DNA of 64,000 nt from Candidatus Anderseniibacteriota bacterium (GTDB taxonomy: Bacteria; Patescibacteriota; JAUYIX01), in the NCBI GenBank assembly GCA_046350855.1, contig JAXLZM010000004.1, forward strand, positions 10,491 to 74,490. Direction: 5' to 3'. The notes under the pieces are model-generated. The model saw only the letters and a program-made list of their open reading frames with translations, did no database searches and was not told the origin of the DNA. Shown here in pieces: positions 8,535-18,236 of the stretch (positions within the stretch are counted from its first letter, which is position 1; the number at the start of each line of letters is the position of its first letter). A program made the position numbers and the translations under genes.

Positions 8535-10472
8535 TTAACCCGCGCGCGATCCACCACCACCGCCGCCCCCACCCGAGAACCCACCAGAAAAACCCGAGCT
8601 CCCCGAGGAGAAGCCACCGCCGTGGCCACTCGAACCGGGGCGGCTGACGAGGGTTGAGGTCGTGGCGGTTGAGAGTCCACGCAGAGCGTCGGTCAGGGCA
8701 AAGGCGGTAAAGGTTTGGCCGGGGGTGACCCCGCGGTACCAATCCGGTTGCTGATCGTAAATCCGGACAAACTTTTGGGCCCACTGGCGTTCGACGCCAA
8801 ACACCATGGCGTAGGGCAAAAAGCGCTCAAACGTCTCGGGCGTCATTTTTTTAACCACGTAGCGCTCGGCCGTGTAGAGGTAGAGTTTAAAACCTTTGGC
8901 ATGCTCGTTAGCTAAGACTCCCTTTTGGGTTCGACGGGGCGCGGCACGACCAAAAATGCCCACGACGATACCGGTGATAAAGATCGGGACGCCGAGACCA
9001 TACCAAAAAAAGCCAAAGAAACCGATCACGGACAAAATCCCCGCCCAGCCCGAGTACTTAGCGCGGCGCTTATCGGGGCTCTCATCAAAGTATTCTCGTC
9101 GCATGACCTCCTCGTACATCTTGTCCTGAATCGGTTTAACGTACTGATAAAACTTGTAGCGCAGCGTATCAAGGGTGTTCTCTTCTTTGCCATCAAACAA
9201 TTTATCGAGGAGCTGTTTTTCGTACGGTAAGAGCGTACTGTCACTCGAGTAGTTCGACTTTTTAAGGATGAACTTATAGTTCTTAAGGTATTTGGATTGC
9301 CCGAGCTCTTGGATTACCAAATAGCCACGCACCGCGAGATCGATAATGGTCGCGCTCAAATCTTTGAGGTCAGCCTCCTCGTCAAAGAGTGTGCCTACCA
9401 CACCGGGGGTCAGGTCCTCGGGTGGGTCGTACTCAGCGATAATCGTGCCGCGGCCTTTGGGATCCCGGCCGGTTTTGCGCCAACGGAAGTACAAAATGAT
9501 CGCAACCCAGACCGGCATGAGCGCATAGGAGCTCACCGCTCCCACCACCGCCGCTACCAAAAACTTTTTGGCAAACGTATCAAAGACCGAGAGTTGCACG
9601 GCCTTGGTCTCACCCGGTTGCACGTCTACTAGGGTCGGCTCACTGGTAATGCCGTACTTTTGGATCTGGATGGCGTAGGGCCCGGGTCCGAGCAGCTCCT
9701 TGCCGCGACGCAAACCGGCCGGCACTTCCAAAAAACTGTCCTGCCCATCGACCAGAATATTGGCGTTGTCAGCCTTGGACTCCACCCGCACGATCCCCGG
9801 GTTCTTAACGATGCCGGTTGGCCAGCCCACCACGATCGTAAAGTTGGTACCGGGGGCCGCCCGACCAGTGGTAAAGCGTACGGTTCGGCCATCGATCACA
9901 TCCTGCGTGACAGTATCGACCCCGTCCTCGTAAAACGTGGTCTTGATTTGGGCGGGGTCGACCGCTTTGGGCAACTGCACGACCGTATCGATGGCGTCGA
10001 TCGGCACGTCGCGGTCCGAGGAGATTACATTCCAGTAGACCTCGTCATGATCCTCAAAAAAACCGACCCCGCCCTCGACCGTGTAGTAGATACTCCAGGT
10101 TTGGATCGCATTGGTGAGAGCAAAGTTGATCTCGACGTCAACCGCCGGCTGTCCTTCAAAGTATGTACTGGTCAAATCGTAGTCAGCCGGGGTGAGATCC
10201 TGCTTGGCGGTCTCGTCCACCACGCGAATGTCCGTAATGTCATCGACTCGTCCGAGCGGGATGGTTCTGCCAAAAAAACTAAACGACCCGTTAAACTGTA
10301 CGGTCTGGGTCTCCCGCACCTTGATGTCCCCGTTTTCTTGCACGGCCATGTTGCTCTCCCAGCGCAAAAACTTCCAGGACTTTTCTTGGGCCTGCGCCGG
10401 CTGAACAGAAAAAAGTGGGCCGCTCACAAAAGCGATCAGTCCAAGAGACAGCAGCCACGCACGAAGTTTCAT
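8535..10472 (-). CDS. DUF2207-family membrane protein with a PEGA-like insertion
   Basis: Signal peptide, 'YWNVI' N-domain, ATIIDLAVRGY, LPYAMVFGVE..W, Gly-rich tail GGFSGGGGGGGG. Start taken at MKLRAW. Confidence 0.88.
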   Translation of the reverse strand: MKLRAWLLSLGLIAFVSGPLFSVQPAQAQEKSWKFLRWESNMAVQENGDIKVRETQTVQFNGSFSFFGRTIPLGRVDDITDIRVVDETAKQDLTPADYDLTSTYFEGQPAVDVEINFALTNAIQTWSIYYTVEGGVGFFEDHDEVYWNVISSDRDVPIDAIDTVVQLPKAVDPAQIKTTFYEDGVDTVTQDVIDGRTVRFTTGRAAPGTNFTIVVGWPTGIVKNPGIVRVESKADNANILVDGQDSFLEVPAGLRRGKELLGPGPYAIQIQKYGITSEPTLVDVQPGETKAVQLSVFDTFAKKFLVAAVVGAVSSYALMPVWVAIILYFRWRKTGRDPKGRGTIIAEYDPPEDLTPGVVGTLFDEEADLKDLSATIIDLAVRGYLVIQELGQSKYLKNYKFILKKSNYSSDSTLLPYEKQLLDKLFDGKEENTLDTLRYKFYQYVKPIQDKMYEEVMRREYFDESPDKRRAKYSGWAGILSVIGFFGFFWYGLGVPIFITGIVVGIFGRAAPRRTQKGVLANEHAKGFKLYLYTAERYVVKKMTPETFERFLPYAMVFGVERQWAQKFVRIYDQQPDWYRGVTPGQTFTAFALTDALRGLSTATTSTLVSRPGSSGHGGGFSSGSSGFSGGFSGGGGGGGGSRAG

Positions 10473-10591
10473 CGCTCGTAATGGTAGCACGGTCTCAAAA
10501 AAATATTGACAAAGAGGGTTTAGCGTGCTATTATATAGCGTTATCACTTCACGATAATTTAGCGTAGTCTTTAGTATTACTTCCTACACAC

Positions 10592-12547
10592 GTGATACGC
10601 GCCAAAGGGGTACAACTTGCGCTTAGTCTGATCGCCGCCATCGGTGTCGTGCTCTTACCGAGTTCGACCCGGGCCGCCTTTGCCGGGGTCTGGCAAACAC
10701 CCCTGACTTTTTGGTTAGTAGATGGCTATGGTTTTGGAGAGTCGACCGGCTCCGGATACCACCTAGGTGAGGACGCGCACGGTGACGCCGGTACACCGGT
10801 GTACGCGGCGGCCAACGGCACGGTCAAGCTCGCCAAAGATATGAACAGCGGCGGCTGGGGTGGCATCATTTTGATACAAAACACCAACCAAGCTGGCGAT
10901 ACGGTCGTCTCCTTACACGGCCACCTCGACGCGGCGAGTTTTCAGGTGCAGGAGGGCCAAACGGTTACCCGCGGCCAACTGCTCGGCTACTTGGGCGATA
11001 GCGCCCACAACGGTGGGTGGTTCCCCCATCTCCACTTTGGCATACGTAATGGCCAATACGTTGACGCCTGGAACGGTGAACCTTGGGTCTATTACGGCTA
11101 CGGTGACTCCGACGATTTGGCGGATTGGTTTGCGCCGACCGATTACATCAAAGCGCACGAACATGTTATCGAGGTCGAGCGTGTCCCAGACAATAGCCCC
11201 AACCGCTACAGCACCGCGGTAGGTGTCTCGCAGCGCCGCTTTCCGCAGCAAGATACAGCCCCGCGCGTCTATCTCGCGAGTGGCCAGGCTTTTGCCGACG
11301 CCCTGGCCGCGGCACCGCTGACCAGCAAGAGCAGCGCGCCACTGCTCCTTACTGCCGCGGACAAGCTGCCAACGGAGACGGCCGCTGAGATCAATCGTGT
11401 ACTGCCCAAAGGATTGACGGTCTATTTGCTTGGTGGCGACAAGAGCATCAGCACAACGGTTGAACAATCCGTCAAAAACTTAGGCTACAAAACCTCACGT
11501 ATTGCCGGCACCAGCCGCGAGGGCACGGCCGCCACGATTGCCGCCAAATTTGCCAACTCTCCCGCGGTCTTTATCGTGCACCGCGACGCTTTTCCAGATG
11601 CGGTCTCAGCCGGCGGTCCGGCAAACGCATTGGGAATTCCCCTCTTGTTTACGGGGACGACCAGCCTCAACGACACCACGCAGCGCTACCTGCAGGACCA
11701 TCCTAGTATCCAAAATGCCTACATCATTGGCGGAACCAAAATTATTTCGAGCCACGTGGCGACCGAGCTTAAACAGATTAAAAGTCTCAAGACCGTGCTT
11801 CGTTTTGGTGGGGCCAACCGCTACGAATCCAACCTCTCGGTCGTCTCGGCCTTTACGGCCAAACCAGAGACGCTCGTCTTTGCTACAGGTGCCAACTATC
11901 CGGATGCTTTAACCGGCAGTGCTCTGATCGGCAGCGAGAAAGGCGCCCTGCTTTTGGCTAACCCGGCCGGTACCGGTCAATCCACACAAACTTTTATCAA
12001 TACGACCCGAGCGGCACTGGATGCCGCACTGGTGATCGGTGGGACGGCCGCGATCGGAGGCTCTTTTGATGGCGAGCTCGCCGCCCAGCTGAATGCTCCC
12101 CTTACCACCGCTAGCCTTATGTCCTCGGCCCAACCAGCGACGCTCAAGTCGGTCACGCTCAACTCGAGCAACCCGGTCGTCTTGGCGGGTGTCTCGGTAC
12201 CTTCGATCAAGGGGTTGTCTACGTTTGAACACGTGAGTAACGGTGCAGTCGTTTCTTCGCTGGCAGCCCGAGAGCTGAGCGACGAAGATCCCCCGGCGGT
12301 AACCGTTAGTCGCATTCCGTTAGACGGTCTCTCACCGACGGCCCGCTTGGCGGCTTGGTTCAACCTGCCGGAGTCGTATCTTAAGACGCATCAAACCAAA
12401 CAGGGTGAGACGATGGCGCTCAATGAGCTACCGACTTTTATTCCGGCCGAGATGCGCTATTCCGTGGATGGGTCTGAGCTTGTGTTGGTTGAGGTGCGCT
12501 TACCGGACGCTCCGGCCGAGCAAGTACTCTCGAGCATCACGTGGTAA
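10592..12547 (+). CDS. Secreted M23 peptidase with three cell-wall-binding-2 (CWB2) repeats
   Basis: HLGED (HxxxD), GTPVYAAANG, HGHL and PHLHFG motifs; CWB2 repeats NRYST...ASGQAFADAL, FPDAVSA, GANRYE...ATGANYPDAL. Confidence 0.9.
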   Translation: MIRAKGVQLALSLIAAIGVVLLPSSTRAAFAGVWQTPLTFWLVDGYGFGESTGSGYHLGEDAHGDAGTPVYAAANGTVKLAKDMNSGGWGGIILIQNTNQAGDTVVSLHGHLDAASFQVQEGQTVTRGQLLGYLGDSAHNGGWFPHLHFGIRNGQYVDAWNGEPWVYYGYGDSDDLADWFAPTDYIKAHEHVIEVERVPDNSPNRYSTAVGVSQRRFPQQDTAPRVYLASGQAFADALAAAPLTSKSSAPLLLTAADKLPTETAAEINRVLPKGLTVYLLGGDKSISTTVEQSVKNLGYKTSRIAGTSREGTAATIAAKFANSPAVFIVHRDAFPDAVSAGGPANALGIPLLFTGTTSLNDTTQRYLQDHPSIQNAYIIGGTKIISSHVATELKQIKSLKTVLRFGGANRYESNLSVVSAFTAKPETLVFATGANYPDALTGSALIGSEKGALLLANPAGTGQSTQTFINTTRAALDAALVIGGTAAIGGSFDGELAAQLNAPLTTASLMSSAQPATLKSVTLNSSNPVVLAGVSVPSIKGLSTFEHVSNGAVVSSLAARELSDEDPPAVTVSRIPLDGLSPTARLAAWFNLPESYLKTHQTKQGETMALNELPTFIPAEMRYSVDGSELVLVEVRLPDAPAEQVLSSITW

Positions 12548-12556
12548 ACTGCGCCC

Positions 12557-12886
12557 GTGAGTAAACAAAAAACTCCCACTGCACAACCCACACAACAGGG
12601 CACTACGGGTGACCTGCGGGTGGTAGTTTTGCACTCTCGTTGTATCGGAGCCGCTATATGTGTCAAAGAAGCGGCAGGCTCCTTTGTCCTCAACGACAAA
12701 AACAAAGCGCTTGTCAGCGATCTCACCAAAAATCGTGGCGAGGTAATCCTAAATGCCGCACGCAACTGCCCAACCCAAGCGATTTACCTGTATCGGGGCA
12801 GCAAACAAATTTGGCCGCCCACAGACAAGGCGGGGGTGAACAAACAGCCCGGGCGGGAGATCAAAATGAGTTTTGAACCCGACTAG
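12557..12886 (+). CDS. Ferredoxin, probably [3Fe-4S] type
   Basis: CIGAAIC...AARNCPTQAI (CxxAxxC...CP). Confidence 0.85.
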   Translation: MSKQKTPTAQPTQQGTTGDLRVVVLHSRCIGAAICVKEAAGSFVLNDKNKALVSDLTKNRGEVILNAARNCPTQAIYLYRGSKQIWPPTDKAGVNKQPGREIKMSFEPD

Positions 12887-13458
12887 TCGTACCGTAAGCG
12901 CGGATCGAGTTCTTTTTCGAGAATCTCGGCGCGGTTGGTTTGGTAGGCGTAACGAATCAAACAGAGTGCGGCAAAGTCGTTTTCGATCGAGCCCTCGAGT
13001 GCCATCTGGACCGCCTCAAATACTTTAACCGATTTAGTCTCAAGCTGGTCCTGCGGTTCGACCTTTTTTTTGGCTTTTTTGGCGATAAAGCAGCGCAGAT
13101 CCCAAATGGTACGGGACTGCGGGGTGCGTTTAGCAAAAAAAGTCAGATCACCCACTAGACCGGTCTCCTCAAGTAGCTCGCGCGCCGCGGCTTTCTCGGG
13201 AGACTCTTTGGTGTCGACGCGACCGCCGGGCAGAGCCCAGAGTTCGGGTTCACCCCGACGCACGATGCGCCGCTCGCGCACCAGTGTCACAAACTCATCC
13301 TTGTCGATGGCGATCACCAAAACACCTGTCGGTTTTTGGACGTACTCGTAGACCGACTCGCGGCCATCAGCGTGGCGGACGGGTTGCTGCAGGATACGAT
13401 AGACCAGGCCTTTGTAGACTTCGCGTGGTTCTCCGACCGGTTGCACACCAGACTGCAT
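12883..13458 (-). CDS. NUDIX hydrolase (ADP-ribose pyrophosphatase-like)
   Basis: Nudix box GGRVDTKESPEKAAARELLEETG. Confidence 0.92.
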   Translation of the reverse strand: MQSGVQPVGEPREVYKGLVYRILQQPVRHADGRESVYEYVQKPTGVLVIAIDKDEFVTLVRERRIVRRGEPELWALPGGRVDTKESPEKAAARELLEETGLVGDLTFFAKRTPQSRTIWDLRCFIAKKAKKKVEPQDQLETKSVKVFEAVQMALEGSIENDFAALCLIRYAYQTNRAEILEKELDPRLRYD

Positions 13459-13485
13459 AGTGTTTTGTAGTAGTGGTTAGTTAGA

Positions 13486-14403
13486 TTATTCGGCTTCGTC
13501 GGGATGGGTTCGGCCTTGTAGTTGCTCGAGGAGCGGTGTCACATCGACCGAGCGGATGTCATGCTGCACGAGGGTATGTTTGAGCCCGGCTTGTACCTGA
13601 GCGTCAAAGGTGGGTGCTGCGTGTTGGTACAGAATCCCGATTGGAAGTTTTGAGGCTTGCTCGGCCAGGGCTAGGGCGGCGGCTTTGTTGCGTGAGTTAT
13701 GCTCGGGGCCGATCCGGTAGACCTGCGTATCCCAGGACTGCCAGGTCTGCACACTATTCCAAATTACGCAGGGCTGCAAGATGTCGATGACCGCAAAGCC
13801 CTGGTGCTTGACCGCGGCGGTCAAAATCGTTTGGAACTGCTCCTGGTCGCCGACAAAGGCGCGCGCGACAAAGGTTGCGCCCGAGGCGATGGCGATCTGG
13901 AGCGGGTTGAGGGCGGGCTCGAGACTACCCTCGGGGGTGCTTTTGGTTTTAGTACCGCGCTCGCTGGTGGGCGAAGCTTGACCGGTCGTGAGCGCGTAGG
14001 TGGCATTGTCGTGGACGAGGTACGTGAGGTTGACGTTGCGCCGACAGGCGTGCACAAAGTGGGCCATGCCCTCGCCATACGCTCCCCCATCACCCGCGAC
14101 GGCCAACACCTCGAGGGCCGGGTTTGCCACTTTGACCCCTTGCGCAAACGGCAAGGCTCGCCCGTGCAACCCATGAAAGCCATAGACGTTGAGCCACATG
14201 GGCAGTTTGCCGGCCTGGCCGATATCCGACACGACCACCACTTGACTCGGATCCATTTGTTGATCGACCAGCATAAACTTGAGCGTGTTGAGCACCCCAA
14301 AGTTGCCGCAGCCGGGACACCACTGAAAACCGTACTTGGGCGTGAGGTGGTCAAAGGTGGCAGCCAGTTTAGCGCGATCGGTTTTTGAGAGCGTGGGTCG
14401 CAT
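13486..14403 (-). CDS. 2-oxoacid:ferredoxin oxidoreductase beta subunit
   Basis: WCPGCGNFG, HGLHGRALP, GDGG and TTGQASPT TPP-binding motifs. Confidence 0.95.
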   Translation of the reverse strand: MRPTLSKTDRAKLAATFDHLTPKYGFQWCPGCGNFGVLNTLKFMLVDQQMDPSQVVVVSDIGQAGKLPMWLNVYGFHGLHGRALPFAQGVKVANPALEVLAVAGDGGAYGEGMAHFVHACRRNVNLTYLVHDNATYALTTGQASPTSERGTKTKSTPEGSLEPALNPLQIAIASGATFVARAFVGDQEQFQTILTAAVKHQGFAVIDILQPCVIWNSVQTWQSWDTQVYRIGPEHNSRNKAAALALAEQASKLPIGILYQHAAPTFDAQVQAGLKHTLVQHDIRSVDVTPLLEQLQGRTHPDEAE

Positions 14404-14407
14404 AGTT

Positions 14408-16201
14408 TTATTTGCTTACACTACTCCGGATGAACCGCTCAACGACCGGCTGCGTCAGTGGCCGACCATCATAAAAGCGTAAACGTTTGTTGGTTCGCAC
14501 ACCTAGGTGTTGACGCAGGAGACCCTCGAGCAATCCCGTGTCGTTGCCTTCTACCACCAGCACTTTTTTGACACCACGCAGCGCACTGTGCATTTCTTGT
14601 ACGGGGAACGGCATGAGGCAGCGCAGCATGACCAACTTGACCGCGGCCGTTTTGGGGCCGGCCTCTATTGCATCCAGTAGAACACCCTTGTTAGAACCAA
14701 AACTAACTACAGTCGTGGTCGCTTTTGTATGTCCGTAGATCCGCACCGGGCTAAGCTTGGCGATGGTACCCGTGTAGGCCGTTTGCACTTTGCGACGACG
14801 CTTCTCCATCATGGCGATCCGATTGCGGCGGTCCTCGGTAATAAAGCCATACTCGTCGTGTTCGTCCCCGGAGACCCGCCAAATCGATCCTACCCCTGGC
14901 GTACCTGGCAAAACCCGCGGCGAGACGCCATCAGCCGTGACGGCAAAGCGGGCATACTCTTTGAGCCGTGCGGCTTGCGCTGGGGTGACCAACTTGCCGC
15001 GATCAACACGCAATCGCTCGGGCGCAAGTGGCGTGTGCGTCCAAAACCCCTCTTGCAAATACTTGTCACCCAGTACGATCACGATCAATTGGTATTTTTC
15101 GGCGATATTAAAAGCGGCAAAAGTGAGTTCAAACGCTTCTTGAGGATCGCCCGGGGCAAGCACCACACGGGGCGGTTCATCCTGGCCAGCATGGAGTGCA
15201 AAGCGCAGATCGCCCTGACCGGTCCGAGTGGGCAACCCCGTGGCGGGACCCGGGCGTTGGCCGAGCAGAACCACCAGCGGCGTCTCGGTCATGGCCGCAA
15301 TACCGAGCGACTCGACCATCAAGGAGAACCCACCACCACTGCTCCCGGTCATGGCCCGCGCCCCGGCATACCAGGCTCCCAACGCAAACTGAATCGCCGA
15401 GATCTCATCCTCCGGCTGGTAGGCAAACAGATTGTACCGCGTTTTGAGAGCGGCGGTGGCGTGTAGCAGCGAGCTGGTCGGGGTCATAGGGTAGCCCGCA
15501 TAGCAGGTCATGCCGCCGCGGAGGGCCCCGAGCAAAATACCCTCGTTACCCTCAAGCAGTAAGCGGGGCTCGCCAGTGAGCCGCGGCTGGCACACAAATT
15601 GCTCTTTGTAGTACTTGGTCACGTAGGTATACCCCGCCATGGCAGCGGCCAGGTTGGCTTTAACCACCGCAAGGCCTTTGCGGCCAAAAACTTCTTCGAG
15701 TCCCTCATCAAGCAAGGTCAAGTCGTAGCAGACCATGCCGCAGATGGCACCAAGCATAACGGTGTTGAGCATGAGGCGTGGGAGCTTGTGTTTGGCCAGT
15801 AACGTGTAGAGTGGCACATCAAAGAGCTGCACCCCCCGCTTTTTAAACGCAGCCAACTCACGCGGACTGAGGGGATCGATCGCGGCGGCATGCGCGGCGT
15901 CATACAAAACCAAACCACCCCGTACCACCTCGCTCCCCCACATCCGGACGGTGCGGGTATCAAGTGCGGCCAAGAGATTGACTTGGCCGGCGAGTGAGTG
16001 CACCGGCCGGGGCGAGATGCGGACCTCGAGCGTGTTGTTTCCCCCGCGTACGATCGAGGGGTACTCCACGTTGGCATGCACAAAATACCCGCCTTTAACA
16101 AAAGCTTTAGCTAAAATGAGCGCGGAATTTTTGATGCCCGTGCCCGCCTCCCCTCCCATCTTCCAGGTAAAGGACGCGTTTTTTACCAGCGTCTTTGTCA
16201 C
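14408..16201 (-). CDS. 2-oxoacid:ferredoxin oxidoreductase alpha subunit (gamma-alpha fusion)
   Basis: GGEAGTG, YPMTP, EDEISA, SGGGFSLMVE, QRPGPATGLPT. Confidence 0.95.
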   Translation of the reverse strand: MTKTLVKNASFTWKMGGEAGTGIKNSALILAKAFVKGGYFVHANVEYPSIVRGGNNTLEVRISPRPVHSLAGQVNLLAALDTRTVRMWGSEVVRGGLVLYDAAHAAAIDPLSPRELAAFKKRGVQLFDVPLYTLLAKHKLPRLMLNTVMLGAICGMVCYDLTLLDEGLEEVFGRKGLAVVKANLAAAMAGYTYVTKYYKEQFVCQPRLTGEPRLLLEGNEGILLGALRGGMTCYAGYPMTPTSSLLHATAALKTRYNLFAYQPEDEISAIQFALGAWYAGARAMTGSSGGGFSLMVESLGIAAMTETPLVVLLGQRPGPATGLPTRTGQGDLRFALHAGQDEPPRVVLAPGDPQEAFELTFAAFNIAEKYQLIVIVLGDKYLQEGFWTHTPLAPERLRVDRGKLVTPAQAARLKEYARFAVTADGVSPRVLPGTPGVGSIWRVSGDEHDEYGFITEDRRNRIAMMEKRRRKVQTAYTGTIAKLSPVRIYGHTKATTTVVSFGSNKGVLLDAIEAGPKTAAVKLVMLRCLMPFPVQEMHSALRGVKKVLVVEGNDTGLLEGLLRQHLGVRTNKRLRFYDGRPLTQPVVERFIRSSVSK

Positions 16202-16236
16202 GCTTCTAGTATAGCAGCCCGTAGTACTCGTGAGTG

Positions 16237-16659
16237 TTAGCGGCCGGAGCTGCCAAAGCCGCGACTTCCTCGGGCAGAACCAACGAGTTCCCGGGCCTCA
16301 CTGATCTGGGCCAAAGCCACCGGCAAGAGCAAGACCTGCGCGATCCGATCACCCGCCTTAATCACATAGGGGGTGCGGGCGAGATTATGCAGCAAAATTT
16401 TCCACTCGCCGCGGTAGCCAGCATCGATCACACCGCCCAGCACGTGGATGCCGCAGGTACCCATACTGGAGCGGTCACGTACCAGTGCAACATAGCCAGC
16501 CGCAAACTCTGCTGCAAAACCGGTACTAAAGGCGTGGCTCTGGCCAGGCTCGAGTACCACTGATTCGCAGGTATAGAGATCGATCCCGGCATCCTGATCG
16601 GTGTGACGTGTCGGCAGAACCGCCTCAGGGCGGAGACGCTTGAGCTTAAGTTCAACCAT
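16237..16659 (-). CDS. dut: dUTP diphosphatase
   Basis: DAGIDL, RSS, GGVIDAGYRGE, DRIAQ, RGSRGFGSSG. Start at MVELK. Confidence 0.96.
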   Translation of the reverse strand: MVELKLKRLRPEAVLPTRHTDQDAGIDLYTCESVVLEPGQSHAFSTGFAAEFAAGYVALVRDRSSMGTCGIHVLGGVIDAGYRGEWKILLHNLARTPYVIKAGDRIAQVLLLPVALAQISEARELVGSARGSRGFGSSGR

Positions 16660-16691
16660 AGGCAAAACAATAGCATCACAAGCTATCGCAT

Positions 16692-16742
16692 AAAAAGAAA
16701 AACTCTCCACCGGTGATCTAGCGATCATCCCGATGGAGAGTT
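16692..16742 (-). terminator. Intrinsic terminator of the 16764-18086 gene
   Basis: AACTCTCCA...TGGAGAGTT long hairpin followed on the minus strand by TTTCTTTTT. Confidence 0.75.
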
Positions 16743-16763
16743 GTGAGTCGACACACGGTCGAC

Positions 16764-18086
16764 TTAGTACTGGTGCATGGCGCCCTCGACGATGGAGCCA
16801 CCCCCGTTGAGGTACTTGGTCCAGACCACCACGGGCTTGTTAACCTTGTTGAGGGTCACGGCCGGGTAGGTCTCGGTCAAGTTGTTGTTGGTCACGACCG
16901 AGAAGGCCGTCCCTGGATAGCCCACGCGACCCCAGGCTTTGCCGGGTTGCTTTTCGGCACAGCGGATCTCGTTGGCCTTGTCGGGGTCCGGATCCGTCGT
17001 GTCAAAGTAGACCAACTCGACCTTGCCGTTTTGCGTAGTGGCGAGGGATGGAAACACCGCATCCAGCGAATCCAGAGCAGCCGCGCTCCAGGTCCCGCCT
17101 GCGGCCATCGATCCAAACCAGACGTACTGTCCGGCCTGCGCATCAACCGATTGCCCGGTGGCCATCAAAAAGCCACTCGAAAAATCGGCGTTGATCCAGC
17201 CGGTGCAGCTTGCTGGTATGTCCGAGCCCCACAACCAGCCCGTTCCGTTTTTGTAGTACGGGTGCCGGACCAGTCGGGGCGAACCCGGTGCAGTCTCACC
17301 AGCGATCAGGATGTGCGGATCGTGCATGCCAGCATCGGGCATGGGATCGTATGCCAGTGCCACGCCGAGCAACTGGTAGTACTCACCGCTCGCGTCGTAG
17401 AGCTTGCTGGTTGCACCGGTTGCGAGTGTGTTGATCTGTCCATTGGCCCAGTAGGCAAAGTGCACCTCACGCGGCCCCCCAATGTACTGGAAGACCCACA
17501 CAAACCCTGGATCACCGGTCTCGGGGTTGAGCTCCATGTCAAAGGAGCTGACGGTCTGGGTCCAACCAACGGTAACGCGGGTCGGATAGGTACCGGTTCC
17601 GGCCAGGTCACGCCAGCCGTAGAGGGTGGCCTGCATGGCGTACACCACCCAAAAGCTCCCCTCTTGCTGCAGCCACGAGACAACCACGTGGTCGTTGCGC
17701 GCCCTGATCCGCACGTCCTTGGCATCATTGATGAGTGACGAGAAGATCGTGTCGGGCAGGGTCGCGTTGTAGACGCCCCGCAACTTGGTCCCGTCGAAGT
17801 AGCTCACCATCACCGCCGAGGCGTTGGAGTCGTTATCTCGCGAGGCCCAGGCCTGAATCGGTCGCTGCTTGACCTTGTTGCCGATCCAGACCGGCGAGAG
17901 CAGTGCGACCGCGTCGTTGCTCGTCTCGTTGTCGACATAGGCCGACCCGAGCGAGATCCACTCCACGCCACCCCCACCCCCGTACTTGTAAAAGCCGGGC
18001 GGCGGAAAAGGCCCTGCCACGAGCGGCAGCGCCACGATGAGCACCACGCACACCTTGCATAGCAACACCTGACGAACCTTGGTCAT
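16764..18086 (-). CDS. Secreted beta-strand-rich hypothetical protein, possibly a beta-propeller
   Basis: Signal peptide; blade-like segments (VVVSWLQ, PGFVWV, VELVYFD, PVVVWT); own TTGACT-N18-TAGTGT promoter, AGGAG SD and terminator. Confidence 0.7.
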   Translation of the reverse strand: MTKVRQVLLCKVCVVLIVALPLVAGPFPPPGFYKYGGGGGVEWISLGSAYVDNETSNDAVALLSPVWIGNKVKQRPIQAWASRDNDSNASAVMVSYFDGTKLRGVYNATLPDTIFSSLINDAKDVRIRARNDHVVVSWLQQEGSFWVVYAMQATLYGWRDLAGTGTYPTRVTVGWTQTVSSFDMELNPETGDPGFVWVFQYIGGPREVHFAYWANGQINTLATGATSKLYDASGEYYQLLGVALAYDPMPDAGMHDPHILIAGETAPGSPRLVRHPYYKNGTGWLWGSDIPASCTGWINADFSSGFLMATGQSVDAQAGQYVWFGSMAAGGTWSAAALDSLDAVFPSLATTQNGKVELVYFDTTDPDPDKANEIRCAEKQPGKAWGRVGYPGTAFSVVTNNNLTETYPAVTLNKVNKPVVVWTKYLNGGGSIVEGAMHQY

Positions 18087-18236
18087 GTCCGTTCTCCTTC
18101 TTCTTCCTTCTCCTGTTTTTGCCGCTGTTTTTTAAAAAACTGGCGTTCTTCCAGTCTCTGTACCACTCTGGCAGAACAGGCCACACTAGACCACCTTTGA
18201 GGCTCTAGTCAAGGCTGCATACGGTATACTTTTTGC

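Noticed and set aside
16743-17738. 331-aa plus-strand ORF
   Set aside because: Fully antisense to 16764-18086, which has the promoter, SD, signal peptide and terminator.
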